Of a stretch of DNA of 64,000 nt, positions 51,720 through 64,000 are shown one piece after another. The stretch is taken from positions 5,193,319 to 5,257,318 of the forward strand of contig CM082594.2 of NCBI GenBank assembly GCA_040954595.2, written 5' to 3'. Made by a program: the position numbers and the translations under genes. The notes under the pieces are model-generated. The model was given only the letters and a program-made list of their open reading frames with translations. It did no database searches and was not told the DNA's origin. This stretch comes from Balanoglossus misakiensis. Taxonomy: Eukaryota; Animalia; Hemichordata. Each line of letters starts with the position of its first letter. Within the stretch, counting starts at the first letter, position 1.

Positions 51720-51800
51720 GGTTACCTCAATGGGCATGCGCATTACTCTGGTCAACGCAGAAGGGAATATAAAATACGCATGCGCAAGCTTCGCTAGCTA
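51720..51800 (-). promoter_or_regulatory. Probable RPGRIP1L promoter with two NRF1-like GCATGCGCA motifs
   Basis: GGGCATGCGCA (~51732) and ACGCATGCGCA (~51776) lie in a CpG-richer stretch just upstream of the non-coding exon whose donor is at ~51532. Confidence 0.45.
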
Positions 51801-52593
51801 CGAGCTCGAGAAGCTACGTCATTTTCTCGTGGAAAACTCGCTCCTGCGACTCTCTCAGATCACCTCTACAACTGTTTAACGTCCCATTGCCCTCAGCAAA
51901 GCTCTAATAACATTGGCACGGAAGTAAAGACATGCAAAGATTCACCGCACCTGTATAACACCGTTAGACCTTTTACCAACTGTACTGTGTATGGCGTGCT
52001 CAAATCCACCGTAGAGGGCGGTATTATGGGGATCCCCCCCCCCCCCCCCCCCCAGGGTATTAGGAGAGAACCATGGTTACCGGGGAGGGTTACTGCAAGA
52101 AAAAGATGCACAATTACTTGTAACTGTGAATATTATTATGCCATGATAAACCCAATGGCCATGTACATTGTTGTATGTCTTTTAAAACTTGGGGAGCTAG
52201 TACAAAAATACACCACCATCCAATATGCATCATTTAAACTTCTATATATTTATTGATAATACTCTGTCAAGTGAAGTGAAATATAAATGTGTGTACAGCC
52301 AGCGTGGTGTCAATAACAATTTGTTGGACTGCCTTGCCCGGTAACCTCATAAAATTCGTCATTAATGTAATACAAATGAAGCAACTATTAAAATATTTCA
52401 CCTAAAGTGTCTGTGGGGAGGTGTACAGCAATAAATTATGGTCATAAAAGATTTTAGACAAAACGGCTTTGAATCTATCATATAAGATAACCTAAGGAGA
52501 CATGAAAAGTTCTCTCAAAATCATCTGACTGAGTATAATCACCACCACCATCACCACCCTTTCATTGCCAAGGAGTTACAGATTTGTCGCTGG

Positions 52594-55357
52594 CTAAAGT
52601 GATCGAACCAAATCTAGTAGTTCTGATTTCAGATATTTCTCTTGAGCACTGCCTTGCACGGCAGCAATGTCTGACATCACTGATTGGTCCCATGAAAAGT
52701 TCACGACAGCCGCAGGCACCTACAGAGAGAAAATAGAACAATCAAAATTCTAGGATCCACCAAAGAAGCAGTTTCATGGGAGTATACAAGGCAAATAATG
52801 TCATTTGTAACAGAAATGACTGTGTAGTATATGAGTACCACTGCTGATAGCCTCATTTATGATGCAAATATTTTTCACAACATTTTATGATAGTGATTTT
52901 GAACATGTTCCAGGGTTGCGTTTCATGTCATTCCTTCACAAGAACTTGCACTCCAGGAATCAATTATAATTCCAGATCTTTCCGGGATTTTTTTCCAGAA
53001 GATTTAATAATGAACCCTTTCCATGATGAAACAACCATGGTAAACAAAGAGCTGACCACACTCACCAGCTGCAGTGACACCAACATGGCATCCTCTTCCG
53101 TCAGCTTTTGTCCCGTTGATGTACTGAGAACGAAAGGCATCCAGTCATTCTCCAAGTTCTCTCTCACAAATTCAAGCAGCGTTGAAAGCTTCTCTCTGAC
53201 CCTGAACACACCTGTAATGTTAAAAGGAAATGAATATTTGGCATTCGTCACAGAAATCATAGTTGTGGGATTGATGACAAGGGTTTTATCATTCACAAAA
53301 TAAAGGCAGGAGCCCTGCACATGACTTATTGGACATGTCGTATGCAGTGTGCCCTCTAAGCCCATATGACGTGCCACTGACTCCACAAACTCACTGGTGA
53401 CTCAAGAAAATTCTCCACAATACACGCAAAGGTATGGGGCTGACTCAGAGAAATTCATAAGCTTTCAAAGCTTATAAAAATTATGTTTGCTAGAAGGCAC
53501 ACTGGTCATACATGAGTCCAATAGTTCTGTAGGACCTGGACTGAAAAAATTAAGCATTCAAGACAAACCTTGCAAAATGATGCCGTCAGGAAACTTGATC
53601 CTGATAAGTGTGTAATTGTATTTTCTAATTTCTTTCTGTTCCTCTCGTTCCCTCATTGCTTTTGTGCGAAGCATGGCTTGTCGCTCCACTGTTTCTGACC
53701 TGAAAAACAAAAATCCATGTTTCAATTAATTTTTTTTAAAACTGTTTTGAAATGCATGTAATTGTATTCAACTAGTCAAACCTCTGTTAGTGGCCACCTC
53801 TATATAGTGGCCACTTTGTTACAGTCCCTGTGCAATTCACATGTGCATTAATTAACCTCTATATAAAGGCCACCTGTCTATAAAGGCCAGTTTAGGAAAG
53901 TCCCTTGACTGGCCACTATAGACAGGTCCGACTGTAATTTCATATTTTGAGATGTCTGTTTCCTGACCAATATTTACCGTAACTGCTGCTCTTTCTTGAT
54001 TTCGTCAGGAGTTAAGTTGTAGAACTCGTCTGGAAGCTGGAAATTGCTGACGCTGCCAGATGTTTTGAAAACTTGGAGGCTTCTGTCTAGTTTGGGCCGC
54101 ACGGGCTCTGTTGACACTAATGTTTCTCTGACTGCAGTGAGTCTGTCTGTATCTTTGGCGAAGTCATCGGGCAAAACAAAGAATTCTGCTTCAGCATCTG
54201 TAAGCAAACAGGAAAATTCATGGATTAAATGGTTGTTGCATTTGGAATGACCCAACATTGAGGAGGAATTCTCTGCTCTTTTCTACAAAGAAAAAACAAC
54301 AAACAGATGAAGGCAGCACTTGAAAGCTAGTTTTGCCAGGAATTACTGATTTTATAGACATCCATACAAATCAGCTGTTACAATGTCAATGTCATCTAGA
54401 CTATGGCTGCATCCTGTACCTGAAGCAGACTTGGAATATGAGAAGTTGTAATCCATCTGCACTTCACAACATATTTTATGAAACCATATCAAACTCGATA
54501 TTTATGAAAGTCAATCAGTCCCAAGCCAAACGAACCAAATTCTTAGCATCACATCTACCTTGATGTTGAAGAAGCTGTCGTGAAAATCCAACCGCTTGCA
54601 AGAACTCTTCATATCCTTGCAGACTGGCTACCCTCTCTTGGAATGCTTTATTCTGTACACGCACTTTCCTGAATTTTTCATCAGTCGGGTTGCTAATGAT
54701 ATTGTCTAGATATCTGTAAGCAATGGAAATTATGATAATCAGTGACTGACTTTGTGTATCACATTTTCTGTACTTTGTACCACAGTTCCTTCAAACATAT
54801 TTTCACCACGAAAGCAATACGAGAATTTCACTTACTTGCAAATTGTTTCTACGCCAACTTTGACTTTGTCTCTGTCTTTGTTTAATGTGTGAATCATTGC
54901 ACTGGAAGCCAAGATAGGATCATCTCCTAATTTCTGAGCAAAACAAAGAAATGCATTCAATGATTACGTATTTATGTAACAACACTAAAAAGCTAAGACT
55001 CTGCTGGATGATCAAGTCATTTGGCTGTTCATACAAAGAACACGTCAATCTTCTGCTCCTCTGCAAGAACGTAACTGCCAACAAAATGAGTCTTTGGTCC
55101 TCCTCCATGACACAGCAAGTGTGTCATACACCCATTCTCATTCTGAAAATATTTCTAAAAGCACAGAGATGTAATTATTTTCAGGCATACTTACCATTAG
55201 CAGACACTCCTGTATATGAGACTCTATCTCAGTTCTAGGGACACACTTTGGGCTCAACGAACAATAAAACATCACTTTTTCCAAGGACAGCATTGGTGCA
55301 CTGTGTAATTTTGTCTCCTTGGGACCAGTCTGAAGAAAACAAATACAAAAGATTTAA

Positions 55358-55398
<41 letters not shown>

Positions 55399-55422
55399 CC
55401 ACCACCACCACCACCAGCATCG

Positions 55423-55479
<57 letters not shown>

Positions 55480-56540
55480 CTGAATCCATGATGAGTTTGA
55501 GAAGCAACATTAATATTTCATCTTTCAACTGTTGGTACTGGACTTGTAAAGAGTTAGTAGACACAGGTTTACCCTCAAACACAGCGTGCTTAGGTAAATA
55601 CCAAAGCCCATCATGAAACTTACTGGTTCTCTTGACGATGTGGCTGCTGCTGCTTCCAATGCTAACTTTTCTTGTTCCATTTCCCGTCGGACTGAAAGAC
55701 AACATATTTCTTCTATTAAGACTTAAAGCAAGTTAACTGTACTATGATTACGGCCATTATATGTAAAAATCTTGTGACTGTATATCTTAAATATACTTGT
55801 TTTATTGTGAGAAATCTTAACGTCAAACTAAAGGGGGCACTTAAACTCTGTGTTTTTTATATGACAATCTCTCTGTGCTAAATTAAATTCTTTTCCACAC
55901 AGTACAGTCACAAGGAGCAATTATTTTATTATCTGCATGCATTTTGATATTAGCCAACCAGAGTAGATGAAACAACTCATTTATGGACTGACCTAGCTGA
56001 CCAAGATAGTTCAGCATGGGATGATGCTATAATATTGCTTAATCATACCTTGAGCCTGGATTGACTTCTTTGATGTTCCAAGTTCACTGTCTTGTTTTTG
56101 CTGCTGTATCCTAGCCAATGCGGCAGCTCCTGCTGTCTGTGAGTCCTGGGTGGGCGCGCTTCTGGATGCGGTTGAGGATGGCTTTGATGTACTTGCATTT
56201 TTAGAACTAAAGAATGATGCAGATGTTATTAGTTTCATAATAACAGGACTGTGATACGGTAGGGCATTTTAGCCAGGAATTTTGCGACGCTTGCATGTAT
56301 ATGTATGGTTCGATGAATAACAGTGGAGGTGACATCACTGCAGGTGTTCCCTCAGCTGATCCAGCTCAGCTGTCAGCTGACAATGATTGTACATCACTAA
56401 TGTGTGTTGTAAACAAAAATAGCAGGATTTGTATGTCACCGTTGTACTTACCCGGAAGAGGTGTCTTCTGTCAAACTGTGGCCGCTGCCTGCTTTCTTGA
56501 ACTTGTAATCTAGTTTCTTCTTCTCGAAAAATTTCTTCAT
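52594..56540 (-). CDS. UBXN6: UBX domain-containing protein 6 (UBXD1; PUB + UBX, p97/VCP cofactor)
   Basis: N-terminus MKKFFEKKKLDYKFKKAGSGHSL; VIM-like AGAAALAR; PUB domain (YLDNIISNPTDEKFRKVRVQNKAFQERV); LPDEFYNLTPDEIKKEQ, MLRTKAMRE and YTLIRIKFPDGIILQGVF. The last exon VPAAVVNFSWD...ELLDLVRSL* ends at 52594. Confidence 0.93.
53345..53504. mobile_element. hAT-type MITE (same family as 19394-19549)
   Basis: CAGTGTGCCCTCTA...TAGAAGGCACACTG, with internal similarity to the FTO-intron copy. Confidence 0.75.
53773..53936. mobile_element. Tc1/mariner/pogo-type MITE; an inverted copy at ~61844-61995 and a related fragment at ~5426-5510
   Basis: AGTCAAACCT...AGGTCCGACTG-TA termini. Internal GTGGCCAC repeats and AGGAAAGTCCCTTGACTGGCCACTA are shared in reverse complement with 61865-61890. 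Confidence 0.7.
55357..55478. repeat. Compound (ATC)n/(ACC)n microsatellite in a UBXN6 intron
   Basis: Directly visible; it generates the spurious poly-M and poly-I ORFs. Confidence 0.9.
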
Positions 56541-57822
56541 TTCGAAAAATGACCATTAGATTGTTAATTTTTCCCGAAAATTAATTACTAATGATCTGTG
56601 GGATGGACGTCGCTCCCTTCGGATTTGAGACTACTTAACTCAGTCGTATTTTGTCCTCAACACGTCTACCTAGCTGTGATTGGCTGATGCAGAAAAAAGG
56701 GGTCAGGGGTCAAAATAAAGACCCTCTAACTTAACAGGCATGATATCTTTCTCAGTCGACGACTGAACTTTTACACTTGTGGCCAGTAAATATGTGTACA
56801 CAGTCACTACACCTCATATAGCAAGCACAGCTCACAATTAGGACAATATTCCATGACAAAAACATTCCATAAACATTACCAAACTTGGTATCACTTCCTC
56901 ATTTTGGGCCATACTGCTGGCTCACCACTGCAGTCATACCAAATAGAAACCAGCAGTCATCACATCATACTTGTTCTTTCCTGGTAAAAACACACTACAG
57001 ACATGAAATTGTGTAGGGTATATTTAATGCTGACTAAATAACTGATGCTGTTACATTTACACGATCGCATCAATATTACATTTCTAAAAACATACACAAA
57101 TCAGATATTGATATTGAATGGACAAAGTCACCATCTTTTCATGATATTTTTTAATCATGTTTTTCATATGAGAACTTGTTTGTACTATCGGTCATAGGAA
57201 CTCTTACATATAACTTCTTTCGCGGCACCATTTTTGGTTTGTACCCACACTACAGATAGTGTACACAAGGGTTACAAGACACTACTTAAAGATTTTGAGA
57301 ACTTAAAGTTTTAACCTCACATGTCAACAATTCCCACTGTCAAATCTGCAGCACAGTGGCAAAGGAGGAAACAGCTATTGCACAAATGAGCTGGAAGCAA
57401 CCACAAAGGATTTTTGTTTTGTGGTAACTTGCAGCATTTAAGAAAAATCCCCCATTTGGTAATTAATGCATTCTTTGCATATACAAGTCTAGGTCATTAG
57501 ACTTGGTGTACACACTGACACATGATCTAGTCTCACTTTACAGTACAATGACACTGTGATAACTCATTTCATTTCCACGAAGTCTAAAAAACTTGCTAGT
57601 TGAAACCCACTGACTGACACAGGAGATGCCAATGTCTCTCATGATAATCCTGGAACGGGTCGCCCTAGAGATTTTACCATGGACAGCAGAGAGTGGAATC
57701 CATAGTCTACTGTTTGGTCCACTCAGTATTTACAAATTGCCCGTAGTGGGCTATGGGAGAACAACGTCAGTCTAAGTACAAATAATTTATTCAGGTGATA
57801 AACTGCGTAAGTTAAACTTCTT

Positions 57823-59489
57823 CTATCGGAAAGATGGCAGGTTTGGCAGCTGGATGTTGGATGGTAAATTTGGAAGGTTGATATTCTTGACTGCTGACAT
57901 CGCCCTCTGTGGTGCGGCCGAAAGACCAGCCTGTGAAGAGATAAACAGAAGAAGATCAAGGCCCATGCTGACTGTTGAACAAATTAGAAAATAAACGTAT
58001 ACTGAAGTACTAATCACATGTAGTTATGTGTACAAGCCTCTCTATAAATGCAATGTGACAACCTGTGAATAATAGGTATTTTAATCTTTTTGTGGTTTCG
58101 TATAGATTTGACTGAACACAACCATATTATATGAGATCCTTACCTCTTGTTTCTCAAGTTTATTCTGTTCTTCCGTACGCGTCAATATCTCTGTCATGTT
58201 AGTTTCTAACACCATTCCACCCATGACTAGCTCTGCTAGGATAAACTGTACCTGTGAGATGAGAAGACAGGTCGTTAGTGTGTCTTGCCCGCCAGCTACA
58301 AAAACATATGTCTGTATCACTGTATAGGTTATGGTGGTACTAGTAGGTGTGTAATAACGAAAAATTACGTACTTTATCAACATGGAAGATCAGGTCCAAC
58401 TCGCAAACATTTTCAAAACATTTGTCTAGTGTTTCCACAAAGACCTGCAGAGAAAAAAACAATAGAACACATTATTTCATACTTGCCATTCAAGCATTTG
58501 TGTATTTGCCCTTTACGTGCCGAGTATGGCTTTGGAAAAACTGATAAAGTCCTGGAAGATACAATACCGTTTATTTTGGCTACTACATGGTAGATGGATG
58601 GCATTTGAGGGGAACAGTCACCACACAACAGAACACTAACCTGTATGAGATCCAGGATACCAAGTTCACTTTCTGAAGAATCAACACAGAACACAAAATA
58701 CAGAGTAGCGTAGTGACGGTAGATAATCTTGTAATCAGAACCTCCAATCAGACTGAAAGAGAACAACAAATTTTAGTTTAGAACTGTTCATCTAGCCAAG
58801 GTTTTTTGGCATGTGCTTGGTTGCAAAACTAAATTTTCATGGTTGACGAAACCTGGTCAGTATATTTGCACTGTCCCGTCAATGTTTACTCCCAATAGCA
58901 TCCCCATTAAAAATATTGTTCAAATTTGATGCATATATATCATCTGTGGTGTAGCAAAGCTTACCTTCCTCCTTCAAGGAAATTGCAAACATTGTCATCT
59001 CTCTTGGAAACTAGATGGAAAGTCTCTCTGATGATCTGTTGTTGCATGTCTTCACTCTGCAAAGACAAATTAAATTCATTAAATGTCAACTTCAGTTTGG
59101 CCTGTTCTTGTACAAAAACGTCCAAACATAACTGATTATGCTACAGTTTGATATGTACACAGTACATGTACATTCCAAATGTCTACAATGTCCATTTCCA
59201 ATCTCTCTTTCCCCCTCCCTCCCTCTCTCGCTAGCTCCCCCCTACACGGTAATTGTAATATCATTTCACTGATACAGGTACGTCTACATCCTGGTATACT
59301 TTAGCCTACATGTAATCCCAAACGCCTGCTATTTAAAAGGGTAAAATCAATATGATGACAGATCACAATCTGTTCATTATTATGGAAGTGTACTTCTCGT
59401 ATCAAATGAATTGTACTTACATAGTGCGTGAAAAATTTCGACAGCCTTGGCTTCCCATGGTTGTTGAAAACTAAAATCGCTTTTATCAT
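57823..59489 (-). CDS. AP3S1: AP-3 complex subunit sigma (AP3S1/AP3S2 orthologue), ~186 aa
   Basis: Exons 59489-59421, 59056-58965, 58752-58641, 58444-58373, 58251-58144 and 57930-57823 give 561 nt. Motifs MIKAILVFNNHGKPRLSKF, YRHYATLYFVFCVDSSESELGILDLIQVFVETLDKCFENVCELDLIFH, VMGGMVLETNM and AVKNINLP. Confidence 0.95.
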
Positions 59490-59549
59490 TTTGTAGGTTT
59501 CCCGAAGTCGAATTCCGATCAATGCTGTCTGATAAAACAGATATCGTGA

Positions 59550-59650
59550 CGGATCCCGGAAATGGAAGTACACCCTGGCAAAATGGCGGACCGAGTAATG
59601 CCGGAAGTGGTGAGCCTACGCGTATATGTTAAAACGACCCTGATTGGTCA
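59550..59650. promoter_or_regulatory. Housekeeping-type promoter of AP3S (ETS, YY1 and CCAAT motifs)
   Basis: CCGGAAAT (~59556), AAAATGGCGG (~59580), CCGGAAGT (~59601) and CTGATTGG (~59640) lie 70-160 bp upstream of the AP3S ATG. Confidence 0.5.
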
Positions 59651-61843
59651 GGAAAGTGGCTATGTTAGATTAGACTTTGAAGGATTAGACCATAACCAAT
59701 TAGTTGAATTACTACGGATCTGGCTCCAATATCGGGGCCGGGGATCGTTTGTGGGGTCCACAGTTCTCGGGGGACCCAGGAACTTAGTTAAAGTTTGATG
59801 ACAACTATGTCAAACACATTCTAAGCAGTCTTAAAATTTCCCTGTAGCATTACATGTGCTGCACCAGACCGCACGCCCGCGGGCGCACGAACTCTCCAAA
59901 AATCTGCACGGTGCGGATATTCCCAACACAGGGGGCGTGATTTCCAGAGCGGACTTGGCCAATCGACTGAGTAACATGCAACTGCCTACATATCCCTCAC
60001 CAAATAATCGAATTGTTTTCCCTAGGGGTGTTTTCATTGATATTTTCGGCGGCATCAAAGTATTTAGGGATCGTCGGGTTTTCCAGGCATCAAAACTAAT
60101 CCACTGATTTAATGATAGTGTCATGGAAGAGGAAAATAATCTGATGCTGGACTCTGACACATCATGATGGGTGTGTTAATACCTGTCCTCCAGCTAGTGA
60201 TCAAAATATAGGCTTCATCTCGAAGGATAATTGCGGCGACGCTTACGGATTTAAAATAAACGTTGTGAGCAATGTAACATTTACCCTCAACTGACAAGCC
60301 CACACAGATTTCACTCTACAGGAACCGTGACTGATGATAATAAGCTGCAATCGGACTGTAGCAGGGTTTACCAATTGAATGAAGTTGTCTAAACACCCCC
60401 CCCCCCCAAAAAAAAAAATATATCACTGAGGTGAAAAGTGACCATATCCATGAGTTTAAAACCGAATGAACTTTATCATGAAATATGCAGGCATGTATTC
60501 CCACACCACAGTGTCACTATGTTTATAAGTACCTGCCATTTGCGAATTGTTAGTGTACAGAATCTATTTCGGGCTCGAGTGCTTCGTTAATTTAATTAAA
60601 TTTAATTATTTTGTTTTCATTTCAGGCAGATCTATGCGATCGATCAAAATGTCCACGTCGGCTTTGCCTCAATCATTGCTTTGAAACAAACAAACAAACA
60701 AACAAACAAGTGCTTACTGTACCATACCATACTTTACGATAAACCTACAGTTGAATGGAATTTCCATGGACATTTACTTATAACAGAATTATCGAGGAAA
60801 TTTAATCTGTCGATTTCTCGCTAATTCTCGAGAGTTTAAAGATGATAAGGCGATTAGAGAAGCGTTGTAGTCTTTTGTTTTCCGTTCGAAACTGCCTCCG
60901 GGTAAATCAGATAAAAAGTGCATCTTCATTTTCCAGAGAAATTGGAGTGTTTGTACAAGCTTATTGGGCTGCCTTGATCCTACGCAAACATCATCGTCCA
61001 AATGGCTAACCAGGAGAGGCTTATTCAGCGCGACCGTCGTGTCGTTTCCTGTGTTAATAGCTGTTCCTTGAATTGCCAGAAATCGAGATAATGGCTTTGG
61101 ACGAGTAATTACCGCGTACTTACTCAGCAATTTTTTTGGCTTCGATAGAGTAAGGGGGTGAATTGCCCCGTGTTTCAGGCCCGATCAAGTCTCACGCGTC
61201 AGGCTTTTTTTACGTTACCATGGTGAACACAGCTTCGTTTTGGGCTGCATTCCAATTAATGTTCGATGATGGTATAGGACTATACAATGTAAGTGATGCA
61301 AATGTACGAGCACAGCCACAGAAATCAGTAAGAAGCGAATCGGTGGCTCGTTTGGCGAGGGCGACCTACAAAATGTGATATCAATTATCCCCAGTGACGT
61401 TCGGCTATATTTTCAGTACGCTTCCCTCTCCCGTGTTCTAGTATCAATATTGGTTTCTTGTTCTTCTCTGGACAGATTTATGAGATATTCACGTGGCCTC
61501 CCAGAAAAGCCTGTATATGTATATGAGCGCGGACTATGGTGCGTCCACCATCATATGAGTAAAGGCCATTGTTATTGGTGACAAACGAATTCAAGTCCAG
61601 ACTTGAATTCAATGCTCAACAATAGCAACGCTGATTACTACAAAGGCCTTTGTTGAAAAACCAACTGATACTGGGCCATATGACGATTCATAGAGTGGAA
61701 CAAGACGCCACAGTTGACACATAATAAGAATAGCCAAAGTTGGAGTAAATGGAGATTTACACCTCTCCCATTAGCTGTCCGTTATTTTGTTCAGTATGGA
61801 GAGTAGGCCAGAATGATCGCGCATTTAAGTCGGACCACTCAAA

Positions 61844-61995
61844 TACAGTCGTCGAACCTGACTGTAGTGGCCAGTCAAGGGACTTTCCTAAACTGGTCTT
61901 TATAGACAGGTCAATTAATGTACATGTTAATTGTACGGGGCTGTAATAAAGTGGCCACTATATCTAGAGGTGGCCACTAACACAGGTTTGACTTT
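61844..61995. mobile_element. Tc1/mariner/pogo-type MITE, inverted copy of the 53773-53936 family
   Basis: Reverse-complement similarity to 53773-53936 along its length. Confidence 0.65.
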
Positions 61996-64000
61996 AATCT
62001 GTAACCAAACTGCTCGTATTACTCCATCAGAACTTCGATTTCGTATACTACCACGGAGTTAGTACTCGACGTCATACAAGGATAGGTAAACCATTGCTGG
62101 GCGACTCGATTATAGGATTAAACCGATCATGCCGTCCCCATTAATCAATCGCAAAATATCGCACTGTGCAGTTACATTATTATTAATTGCGGTCCTGTGT
62201 CGTCGGTTCATTAAGCATATAGGGCTAATTTCTGTAATCTGGTGAACGGGTACACTGCCAATATGAAATTCAGTCCTTCGAACCGTCGATTTCGTTGTCA
62301 AAACCTCGGAATCCGAAACATAACCTTAAAATGAGTTAGATTAGAAAATGTAGGAAAATTTATTCTCTGAGTCTTGTGTGAAAGTGTCTCTGTATTAGAG
62401 AACACCGTTGATATTATTCATCGGTAACTTCATCATCGCCAAATGATCAAATAATTAAATTTACAAAAAAAAAAAAACACGAACAAATATTAGGGATTTT
62501 CTGAAATTTAATGGGGGGGGGGGGTAATATACTTGGCAGCTAATGTTCATTTTTTTAAAATGTAGATGTAGAATGAATGCGTGCCAAATCCAAATTTGAA
62601 ACCCGCTGTCCTAAGCCTGTTGATTTCTGTCTATGTTTTGAGGTAACTGCTGTTACACCACTTATCAACACAACGCATTAACCGTCGTAATATTACACGG
62701 TGACGTAATGAAATGTACATAAGGCCAGCGTCAAAAATAAGTATCCATATAATACCGAAGCAAATGTGACGAGGCGAGAGGGTGATTGTGTTTCTTTCCG
62801 CGGGCTTCGTTCGGGGACTGTGGGCTTACAAGTCGCCATGATGAAGGACACCGCCATTGTTTCGGCAACTCGGGGGACGAGTCGACTTTGTATTCAGCAT
62901 CGGCGTACTTCTAAGACACACCTGAGACCGGATTTACAATAATCTCCGTTTCTCTTTTTTTGCCATCTCGGTGACATGGAAGTTTTTCATTTGTTGTCCT
63001 CCTTTGCGTCTCATTTTGACATTTCCAAGATTGGAGGACTTCCGTGTGTCCAGTATGATGTATACCAAATCTCGGTGTACCGAGCTTTCCATTTGAACTT
63101 CACAGACAGTGTGGATTTCAATATTTGGTGCTTCAATACGACGCTGACAGAGATTTACATTGCGCTTTCTCGTTTAATACTGAGGAGTTTGGTGATGAGA
63201 AAAATGCGCAACTTGAATCTGCGGTTGTGAATTTGTGGTTTTCACCGCAGAGAATAAATCTCGGCGCTGCACCAACAGAAACGACTTCCGTCCCATTCAC
63301 GTCTGTGTATGGGACAAGATACCAATGCCTTCGTCACGGGTATGTACATGTAGGCCTGCAGAATTCATGGACATTGACGCATCTATCTTGTCAACACCTC
63401 TCTCTTAGACTACCCATCAGCAGATCATCAATACACACCTAGACAATAACCGGCACTATCTCTCGTGGATCCGGTCAGTTTTAGCCATTGTTTCAAAATG
63501 AAAGGCGAGAATGCCCAGCAGCTAATCTGACAACGGTCAGAGGATTCTCCTGCCCGGACATGCTCTTTGCACCGACATGCACGCTTCCTGGGTCTCGGGG
63601 GCCAGGATTCGCCCGGAACTCCATTGTTTTGATTAAAAAACAACCCCCGCATTGTGGGAAAAAGCGCTGCAGAATCGCTGCTGCATCGCTTTTTTTTTGC
63701 ATCGCCCCGACACCCCGTGCAATGTCGCTGGGGATCCGCGAGTTTATGAGGCGATCCAACCGCGGCAATAGAGTCGTATAATTTTCGATAGCAACGACGG
63801 CGCGCATACGGTGTGGCATGTATAGCAACGATAGCGGGGAGCTCCGCCGGTTGTGCAACGACACGTAACACATTCTATGCCTGTCAATCAAAGACGCCAT
63901 TGTGAAGTAGGTGGGACAAAGCAGCACTGTCCTTACTGTCATTGGCTTACCGCATCGGTTACGTAAGCGTCACACTGTACGTCACACGATCTACATGTGA

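Noticed and set aside
55235-55705. Poly-Met and poly-Ile ORFs
   Set aside because: They arise from an intronic (ATC)n microsatellite, and the real UBXN6 exons use other frames. The poly-D and poly-S ORFs at 41141-41503 have the same cause.
10626-59489. Operon or polycistronic unit of seven same-strand genes
   Set aside because: Several genes have their own promoter-like motifs and poly(A) signals, and most gaps are hundreds of bp to many kb. Nothing in the sequence shows trans-splicing.
59800-62700. Short ORFs right of AP3S, or an Irx gene expected from vertebrate synteny
   Set aside because: No homeodomain or other recognisable protein motif and no consistent exon chain were found.

Overview
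This is eukaryotic, intron-containing, AT-rich DNA. The repeat content and compact genes suggest a marine invertebrate bilaterian, possibly a non-vertebrate deuterostome; this is an inference. On the + strand is a purple acid phosphatase gene (ACP7-like). On the - strand are seven consecutive genes: AP-3 sigma subunit, UBXN6, RPGRIP1L, a complete 8-exon FTO m6A/m6Am RNA demethylase, two tandem SnoaL/NTF2-like (DUF4440-type) paralogues and an atypical Rab GTPase. The main finding is an intact FTO, a gene classically described as absent from invertebrates. It has vertebrate-like intron positions and lies about 16 kb from RPGRIP1L, its head-to-head neighbour in vertebrates, but here in tandem orientation. 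Between the two genes are an orphan PEA3/ETV1-type C-terminal exon, possibly part of a chimeric transcript divergent from FTO, and a 10.7 kb homogeneous 88-bp satellite. The window also holds a 1.27 kb foldback element with 7-bp target duplications, a Helentron/HINE-like element carrying a 238-bp repeat array, and several MITE families. Gene models were built by eye from splice signals and remembered homology; no searches were run.
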